Of a stretch of 64,000 bases of DNA, positions 61,083-64,000 are shown one piece after another. The translations under genes and the position numbers were made by a program. Positions within the stretch are counted from its first letter, which is position 1. The number at the start of each line of letters is the position of its first letter. Under the pieces are notes generated by a model. It searched no databases, was not told the DNA's origin, and worked only from the letters and a program-made list of their open reading frames with translations. The stretch comes from Opitutaceae bacterium (GTDB lineage Bacteria > Verrucomicrobiota > Verrucomicrobiia > Opitutales > Opitutaceae). Location: contig JBBKWO010000057.1 in NCBI GenBank assembly GCA_037969015.1, forward strand, positions 17,837 to 81,836. The letters run 5' to 3'.

Positions 61083-64000
61083 TCACCGCACCGCAAGTTC
61101 GTAGGCCAGTTGAGTCCCGTCGGGCGTCACTGTCTGCGCCTGCAGCACCCATGAATCACCATCGCGGGCAAGATTCACCTCCCTCTCTCGCTTGCCCGTG
61201 GCATCAACCGCCCACGCCTGCCATGTCTTGCCGGCGTCCAGCCGCAGTCGGATCTCCGCTCCTCCGGCCCGCACCAAGTGGGGAGCGCCGCCCCGCGCCA
61301 ACTCCAGACGCCGGTCCTGGTCGGCAAACTTCATTCCTGTGGCCAGCACATCCGTCAGATGCATGACCAACACTCGGCCGCTTACCGCCAGTGATTTCCC
61401 ATCGAGCGCAATCACCGAAACCGTCCCGAAGGTCGTTCCGTTTTTGACTGTCACGCGCGCGCCCTCGGACAACTGACCGGCCGGCAGCACGAACAACTCG
61501 CTGCGTTCCGTCACCACCTTCAGCGCACCGTCTTGCTGCCGGAGTTCGATCTGCCCCGTGTCGCTCACGAATCTCAATCCTTGTTGATCCGTCGAGCCCG
61601 GCGGCAGCACCCCGTCGATTTCCAAGCGGCGCGCAATGTCAGCGTTCGCAGGATAGATCCTGCTTGCCGGGTTTTCAGGAGAAACCTCCGTTCCGCCCAC
61701 GACCGCATCCAGACCGTGACGGGCCAGTTCTTCGGCTGCGGAGCCCGTTCCCGAGCCAATGCGGGTGACGAGACCCAGCCGGGCAAACTCCGCAGGAAAC
61801 CCCTTCCCCTGCGAGCTGAACGCCTCGGACGCCTGAACCGCATAGCCGATGGCATGACGTCCCGGAGCAATATCACCCCGCCGGAAAAGCAGAGCGGACA
61901 CGCGGTCGGCAAGCAGGCCGATGGGGTCCTCGGCGATTGAGAACGTGCTGGCGGCTCCTCCATCGAGAGCTGCCGCGCGTTTCGCCGCATAGTCGAAATT
62001 GTAGAGCCCGTCCCAATCCTGAAGCGATGCATAGGCGGGCATGAGCACGCCGCCCTCGGCCCGGTATTGGTTGGGCCGGACATAATTGAATTCCGACACA
62101 ACATAGGGTTTCCCCCACAGTCGGGCCGACATCATCCCGCGCGGGACATGCCCGGCGAAGCGCACAGCACTTACCTGCTCAAATCCATACGGCAGGGACC
62201 ATTGCTTTTCGGGAAAGCTCGGATGATCCCAATACTGGTGGTTGTCCACGTAGTCGTAATGTTCGCGCAGGAAGGTCTGCGCTTGCGCGTTCATGAAATT
62301 CACTCCCGTAATCGGCGCCTTCACTCCGATGGAACGCAGGAAGGCGTGCATGCGCGCGTCCGACGCGCCCTGCCGCTCGTTCAGGAAACGATTAAAACCA
62401 ACGACACGGTCGCCTCCTGATTTTTCACTGTTGCCGGGTTCCATCCACCACACAGCAAACGCCTCATCATAACGCCGCCGCACGTCGGGGGTGCAGTCGA
62501 CCCAGACCGTCAGCGTATCCTCGTTTACCGGACAAATACCAATCAGGGCCGGATCCGCCGCCCACGTCAGCCCGGTGTAGGGATTCTCGTGGGTGAGCAG
62601 GAGTTGCGCAAACCGCGACCACGCCGCAAACGCATCCTCGGAAATCGGCACCAGCGCCTTGAACTGGGCCACGGTGTCCGCCTGCCGGTCGATGCCCATC
62701 GCCGCCATCTCGTCCTTACTGAAGACGCGCACGGTGAAGAGATCGATATTCACATAAATTCCGTGGCGTTTCATCGCGGCGAACAGGTAGTCCAACTTGT
62801 CCAGTTGCGATGGATCCGGCTCGTGCGAGGGGCCGCCCTTGGCGATCAGTTCCCGGTCGTAGTGGTGAAAACGCACGGTGTTGTAGCCCGAAGCGGCCAG
62901 ACGCGCCGCCAGCCGGTCGGCCTCGGCAGGCTCCAGATAGTTGGCCGAAAAACACAGATTCACGCCCCACAGGCGCACGCGCGTCCCCGGTTGTCCCGCA
63001 AACTCAAAATGCCCCGCCGGTGTCGCCACCAATGGCCCGTGCTTCCCCGCGGGCGCATCGGCGAGCTCGGAAAAATCAAACACGCCGCCCGACTCGATCT
63101 CAACCGAGTGCGCATAAGGCGCCCATTCAAGGCCGGCCTTCACCTCCAATGGAATCATGTGACGAACAGGGGTAATGTCGTCCGGCGAGCCCGACATCCC
63201 CGCCACCATCCACAGCGCATCCCCCTCGCCTTCCAGCACAACCTCGACCACCGGTTTTTGCTCCAAGGCAAACCGGGACACATAAAGTCCGACCATGCTG
63301 CTGGCGTTTTCGCCCTCCCAGCCCACCACGGCGTTTGCTCGCGGGGTCGGGTGCCACCAGTTGCCCACGTCACGACCAACCTGCACCGCCTGCACTCCCT
63401 CGGTGCCGTCGGCGTAACGAACGCGCAACCGCCCCACCGTCGCACCATCGTCCGGCAGACGTTCCCCTGCATGCAGCAGATAAAGATTCCGCCAGACCGG
63501 CCGGTCCGGCACAGGCACCACCGCCGAGGCCGCCACGCCACCACGACCGGAATGGCTCAGCACCAGCGCGGCCCGCCCGTCATTGGTGGCCGGATCTGCG
63601 ACGTCGAACGTCACTCCCGCCAGCGCCTGCGTGCCCGGTGTGAAGGCCGCCAAGTCATTGGTCGGCCCTTGGTCGGTCCAACCACCTTTACGATCATCCT
63701 CCACCTCGTCGCGAAATCCGCGGTTGGCCACCCCACGCAACGAAACCGGAACACTGAGGGAGGGAATATGCCGCAGGCTGAGCTTGAGCGCGGCTTGCTT
63801 GAGTTGGCCGTCTGGGAGCGGAACCTGCAGGCGCACCGTATAGGCGTCCTGTTTCCACTGGCGGTTATCCTGCACGAGCACGCCAAAGACACCCTTGATC
63901 TCGATGGTGCCCGTCGCAGCTGGCAGCAAAAGTGTGCGTTGCTTTACCGCCGGCTCCGCCAGCAGGACCTTGCGTTCCGCCTGCTTCGGCAGCTCCCGTG
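61083..64000 (-). CDS. Large putative glycoside hydrolase (TIM-barrel, GH5/GH42-like). The N-terminus runs off the right edge.
   Basis: The reading frame is open from 61083 to base 64000; the track start at 63929 is a TTG and no stop lies upstream. VRLWGVNLCFSANYLEPAEADRLAARLAASGYNTVRFHHYD, KRHGIYVNIDL and GICPVNED resemble cellulase-superfamily motifs. The family assignment is tentative. Confidence 0.6.
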   Translation of the reverse strand, partial: RELPKQAERKVLLAEPAVKQRTLLLPAATGTIEIKGVFGVLVQDNRQWKQDAYTVRLQVPLPDGQLKQAALKLSLRHIPSLSVPVSLRGVANRGFRDEVEDDRKGGWTDQGPTNDLAAFTPGTQALAGVTFDVADPATNDGRAALVLSHSGRGGVAASAVVPVPDRPVWRNLYLLHAGERLPDDGATVGRLRVRYADGTEGVQAVQVGRDVGNWWHPTPRANAVVGWEGENASSMVGLYVSRFALEQKPVVEVVLEGEGDALWMVAGMSGSPDDITPVRHMIPLEVKAGLEWAPYAHSVEIESGGVFDFSELADAPAGKHGPLVATPAGHFEFAGQPGTRVRLWGVNLCFSANYLEPAEADRLAARLAASGYNTVRFHHYDRELIAKGGPSHEPDPSQLDKLDYLFAAMKRHGIYVNIDLFTVRVFSKDEMAAMGIDRQADTVAQFKALVPISEDAFAAWSRFAQLLLTHENPYTGLTWAADPALIGICPVNEDTLTVWVDCTPDVRRRYDEAFAVWWMEPGNSEKSGGDRVVGFNRFLNERQGASDARMHAFLRSIGVKAPITGVNFMNAQAQTFLREHYDYVDNHQYWDHPSFPEKQWSLPYGFEQVSAVRFAGHVPRGMMSARLWGKPYVVSEFNYVRPNQYRAEGGVLMPAYASLQDWDGLYNFDYAAKRAAALDGGAASTFSIAEDPIGLLADRVSALLFRRGDIAPGRHAIGYAVQASEAFSSQGKGFPAEFARLGLVTRIGSGTGSAAEELARHGLDAVVGGTEVSPENPASRIYPANADIARRLEIDGVLPPGSTDQQGLRFVSDTGQIELRQQDGALKVVTERSELFVLPAGQLSEGARVTVKNGTTFGTVSVIALDGKSLAVSGRVLVMHLTDVLATGMKFADQDRRLELARGGAPHLVRAGGAEIRLRLDAGKTWQAWAVDATGKREREVNLARDGDSWVLQAQTVTPDGTQLAYELAVR

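Overview
This is a high-GC bacterial chromosomal segment, roughly 60-65% GC by eye. The PEP-CTERM protein, a TIGR03067-type protein, the secreted PA14/TPR proteins and the abundant GC-rich shadow ORFs suggest a Verrucomicrobia/Opitutaceae-like (PVC) genome, but that taxonomic call is inference only.

I count about 50 protein genes and 2 tRNAs. I found no rRNA, CRISPR array, transposase or integrase. Most of the content is housekeeping:
- Glycoside hydrolases (GH1, GH39) with AraC-type regulators.
- glpK-glpD, trxA, an OYE reductase, carB, pilC/gspF with an NtrC-like regulator, and gnd.
- prmB, cyclophilin, mgtE, a lytic transglycosylase, and parE.
- A DUF255 thioredoxin-domain protein, a SulP-STAS-cNMP transporter, deoxyhypusine synthase, and an ABC-F ATPase.

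Accessory or unusual content:
1. A 17-27 nt AT-rich perfect palindrome (TGTTCGTA-W-TACGAACA core) occurs three times. All copies lie inside ORFs, in two unrelated genes and in different reading frames. Two copies bound an in-frame 72-nt insertion in the biotin-carboxylase domain of a urea/guanidine carboxylase.
2. A condensation-less NRPS-like A-T-TE gene has a GxCxG (Cys) thioesterase motif. It is translationally coupled to an Sfp/EntD-type PPTase and diverges from the urea-carboxylase/DUF1989 operon, which carries a sigma-54-type promoter.
3. The 3-prime end of tRNA-Gln plus its terminator is duplicated in an att-like pattern, next to a low-GC orphan secreted protein.
4. A 181-bp MITE-like element with TA flanks sits upstream of a 1071-aa orphan secreted protein.
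5. Two families of long intergenic hairpin (REP-like) elements are present, one showing a compensatory base-pair change between copies.
6. A vapBC module has a leaderless-type promoter/operator.
7. A 0.5-kb structured non-coding stretch remains unexplained.

I found no clearly novel multi-gene system. The intragenic palindrome family and the Cys-TE NRPS-like pair are the best leads.
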